Positions 42,005 through 56,004 of a stretch of 64,000 bases of DNA are shown in pieces. Numbering within the stretch: the first letter of the stretch is position 1; each line of letters opens with the position of its first letter. A program made the translations under genes and the position numbers. The stretch spans positions 1-64,000 of the forward strand of contig CAXHJY010000057.1 of NCBI GenBank assembly GCA_964016885.1, in the 5' to 3' direction. Origin of the DNA: Eledone cirrhosa (taxonomy: Eukaryota). The notes under the pieces were generated by a model. It was not told where the DNA came from. It searched no databases and worked only from the letters and a program-made list of their open reading frames with translations.

Positions 42005-42154
42005 ATAAGAAATGAGAAATAAGGGTGAAAGCAGCGATCCTTTGCTTAAACTTTAAACTGTTCTATGTATGTATGTATGTATGTATGTATGTATGTATGT
42101 ATGTATGTATGTATGTGTGAGTGTGAGTGTGTGAGTGTGAGTGTGTGTGTGTGT

Positions 42155-42492
42155 GTTGATCCCGGGTTCAATCTGGGGCAACCACGGTAAGGTACTCAAT
42201 ACAGTAAGGTACTCAGTTCTAGCACCGTAGAAGCCATTTGTTTATCGTCATGTTTATTTTTATTTTTATTTTTTTTTTTAATTTGTACCCCTTCTACCGT
42301 TTGTCATCTCACCCTTTCTTTCTAAATGTCTCTCCTCCACTCCCCTACACACCCTCGGAACTCTCTTCCCCCACACTTTTCGCCTGAAGAAGGGCTTATG
42401 CCCGAAACATCGCCCCCCCCTCTCAAGAGCGTGAAACTAATAAACCTTTGTTCGTACTGCCTCTCTGTTTTGTTCCCGTTCCATTTTTCACT
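42155..42492 (+). mobile_element. Penelope pLTR-like remnant with a minimal HHR at 42381-42414
   Basis: CTGAAGA A GGGC TTAT GCCC GAAAC ATC, followed by AATAAA and (TA)n; 3' part repeated at 43600-43675. Confidence 0.55.
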
Positions 42493-42590
42493 ATATATAT
42501 ATATATATATATATAGTTATAACTATTAAGCTCTGTTACCTACATAGAGCACTCTTTTTTCCTGGACTTTTCCGACGGAATTACTTCATT

Positions 42591-42629
<39 letters not shown>

Positions 42630-42947
42630 CATCGCGATTAGTTAACGGAGCCATAGACTCTCGTTATTCCCTGTCAATAATGTGCTCCAAGGAGAAGGAA
42701 TCCTGAGCTCTTTAAAATACAATATGTTAAAAAGGTAACGCACTAGAGAGAGATAGTGCGCCATCAATAAAAGAGGGAGAAACCACCAGTGTATGGAATC
42801 TATAACGTATGATGTCGCACTATTTCTCTCTAGTGTGTTACGGGGTCCTGACTCTTTATATATATATATAACGGTTTATAGAATATTTTCAAATTATTTA
42901 TTAACATTCCATACTGGTTTAAGTACATACATACACACACACATATC

Positions 42948-43005
<58 letters not shown>

Positions 43006-43111
43006 AAATATATATATGTATTTTTTTTTTTTTTTTTGGTATTTTGTCAAATAAGAGTTAAATAAAATGAGGATTTAAAACTTTAAAAAAGAAATTAACT
43101 CAAATATACGA

Positions 43112-43156
<45 letters not shown>

Positions 43157-43329
43157 ATATATATGCACACATACATACACATATGTATAATCATGATTCG
43201 CTTACCGCATAATTCTCTCTTTCTTTTTTCCTATTCTTTCAAATCAAAAGCCAGACACTTACCTGAAATAAAACAATAAAGAAATTCAATGATTATAACA
43301 ATGAAAAGATTGGGAAAAAACAACTTATA

Positions 43330-43575
43330 CATATATGGAGAAGTTTAGTTATATACGACTATATACACATCTTATATATACCTATATAGAGAAGTTTAGT
43401 TTTATAGGACTATATACACAACTTATATATACATATATGGAGAAGTTTAGTTATACACGACTATATACACATCTTATATATACCTATATAGAGAAGTTTA
43501 GTTTTATAGGACTATATACACAACTTATATATACATATATAGAGAAGTTTAGTTATATAGGACTATATACACAAC
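43330..43575. repeat. 51-bp minisatellite with a 102-bp A-B dimer structure
   Basis: GAGAAGTTTAG at 43338, 43389, 43440, 43491 and 43542 with alternating variants. Confidence 0.92.
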
Positions 43576-43802
43576 ATATACATACATACACATACACCCA
43601 CTCTCAAGCGTGAAACTAAAAACCATATTTGTACTGCCTCTCTATTTGTTGTTCTCTGTTCATTTATAAAACTATATATATATATATATACATATATAGA
43701 GAACTTTAGTTATACACGAATATATACATATGTACAGAGCTTTAGATATATATATGAACATACGCATACATACACACACATATATATACACACAATTATA
43801 TG

Positions 43803-43851
<49 letters not shown>

Positions 43852-43931
43852 AGAGAGAGAGAGAGAGAACTTTAGTTATGTACGAATATATACATATGTA
43901 CAGAGCTTTAGATATATACGAACATATACAT

Positions 43932-43986
<55 letters not shown>

Positions 43987-44033
43987 TGTATACATATACA
44001 AGAAAGAAGATTAACTAGGATTAATATATATAT

Positions 44034-44197
44034 AGGGTCGGACGCCATGCTTTCCAGCATAGTTACGTCCCTTTTCGATCTGAGTTCAAATCCCGCTGAG
44101 GTTGACTTTGCCTTTCATCCTTGCGGGGTCGATAAAATAAAGTACCAGTAATGCACTGGGTAATTGCTGGCCTTGTGCCAAAGGTAGAAACAATTAA
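44034..44197 (+). mobile_element. tRNA-derived SINE, slightly 5'-truncated
   Basis: B box, core and tail. Confidence 0.92.
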
Positions 44198-44258
44198 TAT
44201 ATATATATAAACGTACGTATACATAACTTTGTATATACGTATGTGTGTATGAGTGTGC

Positions 44259-44324
<66 letters not shown>

Positions 44325-44525
44325 GTGAGAGTATGTGTGAGCACCATATTTCAAACACATATTGAAATAAACGAATACAGGTAAGCACACACACACACAC
44401 ATACAGACACACTACACATAATATTACACACACACACATACACTCACACACATCACATAGAATATCACACAGAAATAGACACACATGCACACACTCACAC
44501 ACACATACAGACACCACATAGAATA

Positions 44526-44586
<61 letters not shown>

Positions 44587-45317
44587 CAACAGAAGAAACA
44601 CGGATAAAAATCTTGTTGAACTTTCCGCCATTTTCTCCTTAATATTGTCACTCCTCTCACCTTCGAATTTAATCTCTCTTACTCTCCCCCACCCATCTAC
44701 CATCTCCACCACTCAGCCACCACCCAGGCCACACCATCACCACCACCCAAGCCTCACAATCACCCCCCCCCCCCCACCACCCAGCCACCTCTTCAACAAG
44801 AGGAAGTGACATTCCACGATTTTAATTATTGTCGCTGTCAACCTCTATATGTAACCTCCACTCAGCCACCACCTATCTTTCACCCCCAAACACACACACA
44901 CACACACACACACAGGCAGACAGACAGATATAGACACATATATATATATATATACACACACACACATATACATACCCACAGGCAGACAGACATACGCACA
45001 GAGAGAGAGAGAGACACACACACACACACAACCATACACACAGAAACACACACAAAAATAGTGAAACACACACACACAGCCACACACAGAAACACACACA
45101 CACACGGCCACACACACAAATAGTGAGGCACACACAGAAACACACACACCTACACACGCCCTTGCACCGGAAGTTGAAAGGTCAATAATTGCTTATAGTT
45201 CTTATCAAAGATTTGAAAGGATTTTGCTTTGTTTCTAGTTATTGTTGTTGTTGTTGTTGTACATGTGCAACAAATATTACAATACAAGTTAGTCATTAAG
45301 TGACGTTATGCATGACT

Positions 45318-45380
<63 letters not shown>

Positions 45381-45465
45381 ATATGTCTGTGTGTGTGTGT
45401 GTGTGTGTGTGTCAGTATGTATGTATATATATATATATATATATCTGTGTATGTGTGTGTGCATG

Positions 45466-45521
<56 letters not shown>

Positions 45522-45607
45522 AGTATGTATGTATATATATATATATGTGTGTGTATGTGTGTGTGTTTGCATGTATATATATATATGTGTGTGTGTGTGT
45601 CAGTATG

Positions 45608-45656
<49 letters not shown>

Positions 45657-45711
45657 CAGTATGTATGTATATATATATATATATATGTGTGTGTATGTGT
45701 GTGTGTGCATG

Positions 45712-45745
<34 letters not shown>

Positions 45746-45838
45746 CATGTATGTCTGTATATATGTATATATATGTATGTGTGTATGTATGTGTAAATGT
45801 ACATCAATGTGTGTGCGTATGTTGGTATATGTATATTT

Positions 45839-45879
<41 letters not shown>

Positions 45880-45970
45880 TATATACATACATATGTATAT
45901 ATATGTATTTATGTCTGCATATATACCTTTCTGCAATGCTTGTCAGTATGTGCACCTGACTGCCTGTCTC

Positions 45971-46011
<41 letters not shown>

Positions 46012-46094
46012 TTGTCTGTCTGTCTGTCTCTTTGTCTGTCTGTCTCTTTGTCTGTCTGTCTCTTTGTCTGTCTGTCTCTTTGTCTGTCTGTCTC

Positions 46095-46127
<33 letters not shown>

Positions 46128-46276
46128 TTGTCTGTCTGTCTGTCTCTTTGTCTCTATCCATGAACCGAAGTATTGCCCTTCCTTCATTTGAATAAAACTG
46201 TTGAGAACCTAGCGCCACCTACAGTGACTTATTTGTCATTTCGTACACAATAGATGTCGTTATTGTCGTCGTCATT

Positions 46277-46692
46277 AGAGTTACGGCCCATGCTATTCCG
46301 AGTTCAAATCCCGCCGAGGTTAACTTTGCCTTTCATCCTTACGGGGGTCGATAAAATAAAGTACCAGTAATACACTGGGTTAATTGCTGGCCTTGTTCCA
46401 AAAGTAGAAACAATAATAATAATAATAATAATAATAATAATTATTATTATTATTATTATCCTCATTATTATTATTATGGCGGTGGATTGGCAGTATCGGT
46501 AGAGAGTCGGACGCCATGCTTTCCTGCATAGTTACGTCCCTTTACGATCTGAGTTCAAATCCCGCCGAGGTTGACTTTGCCTTTCATCCTTACGGGGTCG
46601 TTGAAATAAAGTACCAGTAATGCACTGGGTAATTGCTGGCCTTGTGCCTAAAGTAGAAACAATTATTATTATTATGGCGATGGATTGGCAGA
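46277..46692 (+). mobile_element. Tandem SINEs (46277-46420, 46477-46672, start of a third) separated by AAT/ATT runs
   Basis: Direct match to the consensus. Confidence 0.92.
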
Positions 46693-47494
46693 ATATTTAG
46701 ATTGCGACATCTTTGAGAGCGATTTGGCTGTTGTTTCTAGCAGATTGTCGGATTCCGATTGTAATGTTTGTGGGGTGGGGTGGGGTGGGGGGCATGGAGT
46801 GGAAGGACGAGGGGAGTTTCAATCATTTTGTTGTTTTACACGATTAACACAATTAGACAGATAGGAGAGGTGGGGTGGGGCGGTGTGAGGTGGGGTGGGG
46901 GTTAATTGATAGAAATTACTGGAGACAATTAGGAAATAGAGAGAGAGAGAAGGGAGAGAGAGACAGAGAGAAAGAGAGAATATGAGAGAGAGAAGAGAGA
47001 GGGAGAGAGAAAATGAGAGAGAAGAGAGAGATAGACAGGGAAAGCGAGAGAGAGATAGAGACAGAGAGAGATAGAGGGAGAGAGAAAGGTGAGAGAGAGA
47101 AAACAGAGAGAAAAGTGAGAGAGAGAGAGAGAGAGAGAGATAGAGAGAAGAGTGACCGGAAAGAAGCAAGCATGAGAGGAAGGAAGGAAAGAGAAAATGA
47201 ATGATACATGAAGGAAGGAGCAATAAAAGGAATCGGGGGAGGGAAGGAGGGGTTGTGATATACAATGAAAGGTGTTTGGCAAAAGAGGAGGTGGATAGAA
47301 TGATGGATAGATGGAGAAAGAGAGAGGGTAGAAAAATAGAGGGGGGATAATGATTAAAAGGAGAGGCGTGAGGAGGAAAGGGAGCGAGAAAGAAAAGGAG
47401 AAATGTATGAGGGAAAGAGAAGGGAGGGTGTTGTGGTAGGAGAGTAGGTTTAGAATGAGGGCGAGGACAGAAGGTATAGAATGAGGGGGGGGTA

Positions 47495-47640
47495 TAGAAC
47501 GAGAGGGAGGGGTTGTGGAAGGAGAGAATGTATGGAACGAGAGCGAGGGGTTGTGGAAGGAGAGAATGTATGGAACGAGAGCGAGGGGTTGTGGAAGGAG
47601 AGAATGTATGGAACGAGAGCGAGGGGTTGTGGAAGGAAAG
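47495..47640. repeat. 38-bp tandem repeat, ~3.5 copies
   Basis: GAGGGGTTGTGGAAGG at 47507, 47545, 47583 and 47621. Confidence 0.92.
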
Positions 47641-47960
47641 AAGGTGTAGGAGAGGAAAAGGAAATGAATGATGAAATGTGAAGAGACAAGAGGAAGGAAG
47701 AGAGATAAAAGGAGTAAGAATTAATAGGTATGTTATTTACTCTTGGAATGTGGCGGAAACGAAGAAATTCAAAGACAAAGTCTTCATCAAGTTGACAGCG
47801 AAAATAACTGTTGTTGATTGTTGAGAAATGTTTTTGAGAGGGACGGTAGAAAAAAGTTAGGTATACAAAAGTGAATAGAACAGTAAGAAAAGGTTTAGGA
47901 GTTATACTGTAAGTTTCAGAGGGTTGCGTAAGTATTGGATAATTTCTATAAAGTCTTGTC

Positions 47961-48360
47961 AGTTATCTGGTTGATATCATTTCGGAAGAAGGATCAGGAT
48001 GGAGAGAGAGGTGCTGCACCCCAGCCGTTTTTAGGAAAGATGGGTGAAAGTGGCGAGAATAGCCCGTGTGAATGGGCCTTCACTCTACATCAGACTATAG
48101 GTGAGGAAGATGAAAGATCAAGGGAGCACCCCCTCTCTGTGCTCCTGAGGAGAAGGGTTGCACACTTTTTCGGGGGGTTGTACGACCCCCCAAGGCGCCT
48201 CCTCCCTATTGAGGATTTTGTTATTAAATTTATTTTTGTTATATTTTATATTTTATATCTTGTTATTGCCTCCTCCCTCTTTTTATGTAAACTCCCCCCA
48301 TTGTACTTGTCCCACTTTTTGATGCCCTGGTGGCAAATAAAAAGAAAGTTATCTGGTTGA
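47961..48360 (+). mobile_element. 5'-truncated Tx1/L1-like LINE with target-site duplication
   Basis: Homologous to the 32895 copy; AGTTATCTGGTTGA duplicated at 47961-47974 and 48347-48360. Confidence 0.8.
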
Positions 48361-49373
48361 GACTGCTTTGAGAAAGCGGAAACTATGGAAGTTAGAAATA
48401 CTGGCGTGAAAGCTAAAGTCAAGTAACTGTTTAAACTAATACCGTATGTTTCAAAAGCATATCGTTTAAAATTGCATAATTTATATAAAGCATTGTGGTT
48501 TAAGTGGTTAAGATTGCCTTGAGAAATCCGACACAATAGATGTTAGAAATAGAGGCGTGAAAACTGAAGTCAAGTAACACTAAACAAAAAACTGTTTAGA
48601 CTAATACCGTATGTTTCAAAGCATATCGTAAAAATTGCATAATTCATATGAAACGTAGTGGTGGTGTGGTTAAGGATGTTTGGAGAAAGCTGGTTAAATG
48701 CAAGTTCGAAATACAAGAATGGAAAACTAAAGAAAAGTAAGAAAATCGGCAAAAAACAAACAAACAAACAAGCAAACACACAAAGGACAGTGTATACTTT
48801 TATACTTTATTTCATGATATTTAGAGGTTATGCCCACTTGTTCACGAAAAGGAAATAAAGAAGGGGAATGAAACGTCCACAGGGACCGATATTACAAACA
48901 TTTTCAATACTGTAACTACATATCTCACAATACTGCATAGAAATTATACCACGTTGAAGTAGGTTTTGTTTTGTTTGTTTAAATCGGTAATGAATGTGGC
49001 AAGGAACTAATACAATGGCGATGATGTAGATAACAGAGGTGATATATATATATATATATATATACACAGAGGTATCCACTGTAAGTTGTGGGGTCTATTC
49101 TGCATGAAGAACTCGATGTAATCCATATGTTGAAAATGTTTTAGGTTAAGATAAATCTCAGAAAACAATAAAACATTAAAAGGAAAACAGAGTCATTGCT
49201 TTTGAAAACAGCTGGTGATATGCATGTAAGTAAATATTCTCTCTATCTGATAGTTTGTAAACTTACATAGATCAATAACTGAGTATAGATACAATGTATT
49301 ATGACCATCTAGAAACGATTGTAAAGCAGTGAAGTATATCTCGAATGACTTGATTTTTTATTTCATTGTTTTA

Positions 49374-49411
<38 letters not shown>

Positions 49412-49455
49412 TGATGAAACATAAGTCAATTGCATGAACTCATAATCCTTTATTT

Positions 49456-49511
49456 ACTGCTATATATATTTCGATGATAGCCATTGAATGGCTGTGACCT
49501 CATCAGGCAGT
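49456..49511 (-). ncRNA. Type I hammerhead ribozyme (family C)
   Basis: ACTGC CTGATGA GGTCACAGCCAT TCA ATGGCTATCATC GAAA TATATA TA GCAGT; perfect 5-bp stem I, palindromic stem III. Confidence 0.65.
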
Positions 49512-49518
49512 GTATATT

Positions 49519-49576
<58 letters not shown>

Positions 49577-49764
49577 AATATACACTTGATATTTTAAATA
49601 TCAACATACGTGTTTTTATATCCGTCATTATAATTCTCTACCTGACAGTTTTGAGTTGGCGATTTTTTAAAACAGTTTTTAAACGTTTATTAAATAGACA
49701 GATTCTTTTTTTACTTGAAACAATATTTATGTAAAGGTTAACAGAACCATTATTTCCATCGCAC

Positions 49765-49804
<40 letters not shown>

Positions 49805-49895
49805 GTACACATATTTGTACGTGTGAGTGCTTACATATATAAATGCATAGATATGACAAGATACGGACACACACACACATATATATATGGGGAGT

Positions 49896-49957
<62 letters not shown>

Positions 49958-49987
49958 AAGAATCAAAGAACTGTTCAAAACATTTTT

Positions 49988-50038
49988 ATTCTTACAACTG
50001 TTTCCTCCAAACCGAGGTTTGGATTCTTCGGAGCAATT
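49988..50038 (-). ncRNA. Degenerate HHR (core mutated to CCGAAGA)
   Basis: CCGAAGA A TCCAAACC TC GGTTTGGA G GAAAC AGTT GTA. Confidence 0.4.
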
Positions 50039-50133
50039 TATTAATGAATGAACACTTATATGACCTCCTTTTCACCCAAGAGACATACAGATACAAATGC
50101 AAATATTAATACTATATATATATATATATACAT

Positions 50134-50528
50134 TAGGGTGGACCTTATTTTCGAACTACCTCCCACCCTTCCATGTACCAAACCCATGTTCCATGTACCA
50201 AACCCCAATCTCTGCAAAATTTTACCTCAAGCGGACAACTGCAAGGCGACCCTCATCGACCGTGAAGTTTTGAAGTTTACGCCCAGAAAGTCATTTTTTC
50301 AGATAAAATCTCTTATTTCTAAAATCTCTTATTCAATTTTCTCTTAAATTAAAAACTTGTTCAGACTTATCCTTGGTATTAGAAGGATAAGTGACAATAC
50401 ATATAATGGTGAAGACAACTTGCAAAGCTGGGGACAGAGCGCAGGTGTAGGGCAAACACCTATATTTCGCTGTGGGAGTAGCAAAATGTTAACTTTCAGA
50501 GAATTACCTATGGCTAAGGGCCACCCTT
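50134..50528. mobile_element. ~390-bp non-autonomous DNA transposon (MITE)
   Basis: TIRs AGGGTGGACCTTA / TAAGGGCCACCCT with TA flanks; related right end at ~51640-51762. Confidence 0.65.
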
Positions 50529-50632
50529 ATATACATATATCCGCATGTGGTTGACAACTGAGAGAAATGAGTACTCGGTATATATATATACTCTCCTTAC
50601 TATCCTTACTTTCATATTTCTCCTTGCTTCCT

Positions 50633-51217
50633 TGAGAAAAGGAGAGCAAGGAGAGCAATGAGAAATGGAGAGCAATGAGAAAAGGAGAGCAAGGAGAGCA
50701 ATGAGAAAAGGAGAGCAAGGAGAAAAGGAGAGCAAGGAGAAAAGGAGAGCAAGGAGAAAAGGAGAGTAAGAAGAGCAATGAGAAAAGGAGAGCAAGGAGA
50801 GCAATGAGAAAAGAAGAGCAAGGAGAGCAATAAGAAACGGAGAGTAAGGAGAGCAATAAGAAACGGAGAGTAAGGAGAGCAATGAGAAAAGGAGAGTAAG
50901 AAGAGCAATGAGAAAAGGAGAGCAAGGAGAGCAATGAGAAAAGAAGAGCAAGGAGAGCAATAAGAAACGGAGAGTAAGGAGAGCAATAAGAAACGGAGAG
51001 TAAGGAGAGCAATGAGAAAAGGAGAGTAATGAGAGTAATGAAAAAGGGAGAGCAAGGAGAGCAATAAGAAAAGGAGAGCAAGGAGAGCAAGGTGAGCAAT
51101 GAGAATAGGAGAGCAAAGAGACCAATAAGAAAAGGAGAGTAAGGGGAGCAAGCTGAGCAATGAGAAGAGGAGAGCAATGAGAAAATGAGAGCAATGAGAA
51201 AAGGAGAGCAAGGAGAG
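50633..51217. repeat. 26-bp purine-rich minisatellite with a 130-bp higher-order duplication
   Basis: GAGAAAAGGAGAGCAAGGAGAGCAAT; block at 50761 repeated at 50891. Confidence 0.92.
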
Positions 51218-51394
51218 GTTAAGGCAAATATTGCTCAAGTTATGCTGGAAGCAGACAAAGGTCAAGAAGACTAAATGACTTTTGTTCATTTACAAACATC
51301 GAGTTTTCGTCTTTTGTTGTACAAAAGCTTTCTTAGTGGAGATAGGGAAGAGTATACCGCCTTTGAACAGAATGATTCGTTGCTTATACCACGT

Positions 51395-51505
51395 GAAGGC
51401 GCGTGGCTGAGTGGTTAGAGAATAGGATTCACAATCGTGAGGTTGTGAGTTCGATTCCTGGACCGGGTGATGACACTTGAGCAAGACACTTTATTTCACA
51501 TTGCT
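51395..51505 (+). mobile_element. tRNA-derived SINE head (second type), 3'-truncated
   Basis: A box TGGCTGAGTGG, B box GAGTTCGATTCC, then CTTGAGCAAGACACTTTATTTCAC as at 20468. Confidence 0.8.
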
Positions 51506-51875
51506 ACTACCTGGAGTTGCGACCGATAGATAGCATTAGCAATTGGAAAGACCAGCGGAAACATTGTTTCCTCGGTCCGATTTGACGAAAGTCGATCGAC
51601 TTGCAATACTATGTTCCAAATTCAAGGCGTTTGAGGGTCGCCCTACACTTGTTCGATTCAGCTGCAATTTGGCACACCCCATCCTTTGGTAGATTGGAAC
51701 AAGATTGAGGGGTGGGAGCAGCAACACTTTCAGAAAATTCCCTATTGCTAAAGGCCACCCTAATATATATATATATATGAATAAATACATGTATAAATAC
51801 ATGTATATATACATGTACTTATGTATGTAAGCATATATTTATATGTATGTATGTATATACATGTACTTATAATTT

Positions 51876-51969
<94 letters not shown>

Positions 51970-52150
51970 GCTGTACGTGTATAAACCAGTTTGCTACAGG
52001 TGAAAGTGTGTAATCGATAATATAACGCAGGTAAATAATCAATAAATATTGCTCACTAATTGATACAGTTACTATGTAGATATGTGTTTTAATGTATTGC
52101 TCTAGTTCGGTTTTAAATATGTATGGCAGTTCAAGCTTCTCTCTATGTAT

Positions 52151-52213
<63 letters not shown>

Positions 52214-52309
52214 ATCGTACCTATATATATGTGCTATCGATCTACGCATATGTGTATATATATATAGAGAGAGAGAAAGAGATGCACAGATAGATTATAT
52301 ATATATATG

Positions 52310-52408
52310 CATCGTGTCCTAAAAAATGTACACACACTTCAACAACATTCTTATAAATATTGCCTGTATAGGTACTCAGTGTGTATACATTTTGGGGGGA
52401 CATCCTAT
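52310..52408. mobile_element. ~100-bp Tc1/mariner-like MITE
   Basis: GTGTCCTAAAAAATGTACACACAC...GTGTGTATACATTTTGGGGGACATCC. Confidence 0.7.
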
Positions 52409-52440
52409 ATATACACGTGTATAAATATCTCTCTCTCTCT

Positions 52441-52525
<85 letters not shown>

Positions 52526-53285
52526 AACATAGGTAGAGAGAGAGAGAGACATAGGTAGAGAGAGAGAGAGAGAGAGATAGGTAGGGAGGTAGATAAAGAG
52601 AAAGAGATATTATAAACACATACATACATTATATATATATATATATACATATGTGAATGTGTTGTATATATATATATATATACACACAACAATATATCAA
52701 AGTTCTCTCCACCAGCAAACACTTGTCAAAAAACTTCGATCCTAGGATGACTAAGACAAGATTAGATGGAGAGAAAGAGATGAAGAGAGCCGAATGGAGA
52801 GAGAGAGGAATGGAGAGAGAGGAATAGTGAGAGAGAAGAATGGTGAGAGAGAGAGGAATGATGAGAGAGAGGAATGGAGAGAGAGAGAGAGAGGAATGGT
52901 GAGAGAGATTGGGAGAGAGATGGAGAGACTAGGAGAGAGAGATGGAATGGGAGAGATAAGGGACGTGATAGGAGAGAAGGGGGAGAGATAGAGACTGAGA
53001 TTGGAAGAAAGAGAGAATGAAAAACATAATGAAAGAGAGAGAGAGAAAGCGAGAGACTACGAACAAGAGAGGGAGAGACAGAGGAAGAGAAGGAGAGAGA
53101 TAGAGAGAGAAAGCGAGAGAGAGACAGAGGAAGAGAAGGAGAGAGAGACAGAGGAAGAGAAGGAGACAGAGACAGAGGAAGAGAAGGAGAGAGATAGAGA
53201 GAGAAAGCGAGAGAGCGACAGAGGAAGAGAAGGAGAGAGAGACAGAGGAAGAGAAGGAGAGAGATAGAGAGACAAAGCGAGAAAG

Positions 53286-53321
<36 letters not shown>

Positions 53322-53610
53322 ATAGTGAGACCAACGTATGTGATGAAGTGACGAGGAAGGAGAGGAGAGTGTGAGAGAGGGAGAGGCGGGGGAGGGGGAG
53401 TGTGAGGAGGAGGTGGAGAGCTGGCAAGGTGTAGTTAAGGAAAGATGTAACGAGTTGGTTTGGACAGGTGAGTCACTGGACTTAGATTTAATTGGTTTAG
53501 TAATTGTGGTAGTTAGGTTGCAGCTGTTATGGACTTCGCCGCCATCTACCTCTCTCACACACACACACATTATATATATATATATATATATACACAGACA
53601 CACAGACCAG

Positions 53611-53656
<46 letters not shown>

Positions 53657-54102
53657 TGGTTTGTGTGTCTGTATATATATATATATATATATTCAGACAC
53701 ACGGGCCAGACATATATATATATATACTTACACATACATACATATATATATATATATACCCAGATATATACATACATATATCTATAGTAGAAATATATAC
53801 ACACATATACATACACACATATATGCACATACACACATACACATATCTATACACACATATATATATATATACATATGTAACAAGCATATATATATGTATA
53901 TATATATATTATATATACATATGTAAAAAGCATATATATAATATATATATATATATACAAATCTATACATATGTAATAAGTATATATATATATATATATA
54001 TACATATCTATACATATGTAATAAGCATATATATATATATACACATATCTATACATACATACATATATATCTACACGCACATATACATATATATGTAACA
54101 TG

Positions 54103-54144
<42 letters not shown>

Positions 54145-55150
54145 TAGATACACACACACTCATTATATATATATATATATATATATATATACGTAACATG
54201 CATATATATATATTCATATATACACATACATATATATACATACACACACATGTATACACATATACACACACATGTATACACATATACACACACACGTATA
54301 TACATATACACACACATGTATATACATATACACACATATATATACATATATACACATATATATACATATACACACATATATATACATATACACACAATAT
54401 ATATTACATATACACACACATGTATACATATACACACACATGTATACATATACACACACATGTATATACATATACACACACATGTATATACATATACACA
54501 CACATGTATATACATATACACACACATGTATATACATATACACACACATGTATATACATATACACACACATGTATATACATATACACACACATGTATATA
54601 CATATACACACACATGTATATACATATACACACACATGTATATACATATACACACATATATATATACACACATATATATACATATACACATATATATATA
54701 CACACACATGTATATACATATACACACATCTATATACACACATCTATATACATATACACACATCTATATACATATACACATATATATACATATACACACA
54801 TATATATACATATTACAGACATATATATACATATACACATATTATAATACATATAGACATATATATATACATATACACATATATATATACATATACACAT
54901 ATATATATACACACACATGTATATACATATACACATATATATACATATACACACATGTATACATATACACACATATATATACATACACACACATATATAT
55001 ACATATACACATATATATACATATACACACATATATATACATATACACACATATATACACATATATACACACACATGTATACATATACACACACATGTAT
55101 ATACATATACACAAATATATATACATATATAATCTATAGTCAATAGTGGT

Positions 55151-55195
<45 letters not shown>

Positions 55196-55217
55196 AATAT
55201 ATATATATATAATATAA

Positions 55218-55248
<31 letters not shown>

Positions 55249-55426
55249 AGGTGTAACTATTCCAAGGAGATTAAGTCTGGTAATGATTTGCCGCCTCATC
55301 CGGCTTGCAGCCAACTTAATCAATGGAGACTCCAGGGTTATCGTGGTTGTGGGAGACTGACATCAAGCCGTGGGCATGTGTCCGGACACCTCACACACAT
55401 CACATCACTGTACATATAATATATAT

Positions 55427-55478
<52 letters not shown>

Positions 55479-55755
55479 ATGTATATATATATGTATGTTT
55501 GTATGTATAAACAAAAGACGGGGGGCAATTGTACACCAGGATCTTTACCAAACTTCCTTTGTTATATATATATATATTTGTTCACCCCAGCGTCCCCCTT
55601 TATTTACGTGTCCCAACGACTTTTTTTTAGCCGTTGTTCGCACCAACCTGAGGTATATGGCCTTTAAAGCGATGAAATGCCTAGGACGGTTGGAAGGCCA
55701 CTGATGAAGGACTTACTTTTTCATATGTAACCCATTTGCAACGCCGCAGCTCCAT

Positions 55756-55794
<39 letters not shown>

Positions 55795-55809
55795 TATTAA
55801 AATGTTAAA

Positions 55810-56004
55810 TAATTGTTTCTACTTTTGGCACAAGGCCAGCAATTACCCAATGCATTACTGGTATTACTTTATTCTATCGACCCCGAAAGGATGAAAGGCA
55901 AAGTTAACCTCGGCGGGATTTGAACTCGGATCATACAGGGAGGTAACTCTATGCTTCAAAGCATGGCATCCCGATCCTCTAACGATACTGCCAATCCATC
56001 GCCT
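55810..56004 (-). mobile_element. tRNA-derived SINE, full length, with a probable TSD
   Basis: Consensus match; TGTTAAATAAT on both sides (55803 and 56005). Confidence 0.92.

Noticed and set aside
51395-51475. tRNA gene (CAC anticodon-like loop)
   Set aside because: Acceptor stem does not pair and the sequence continues into SINE body shared with 20435
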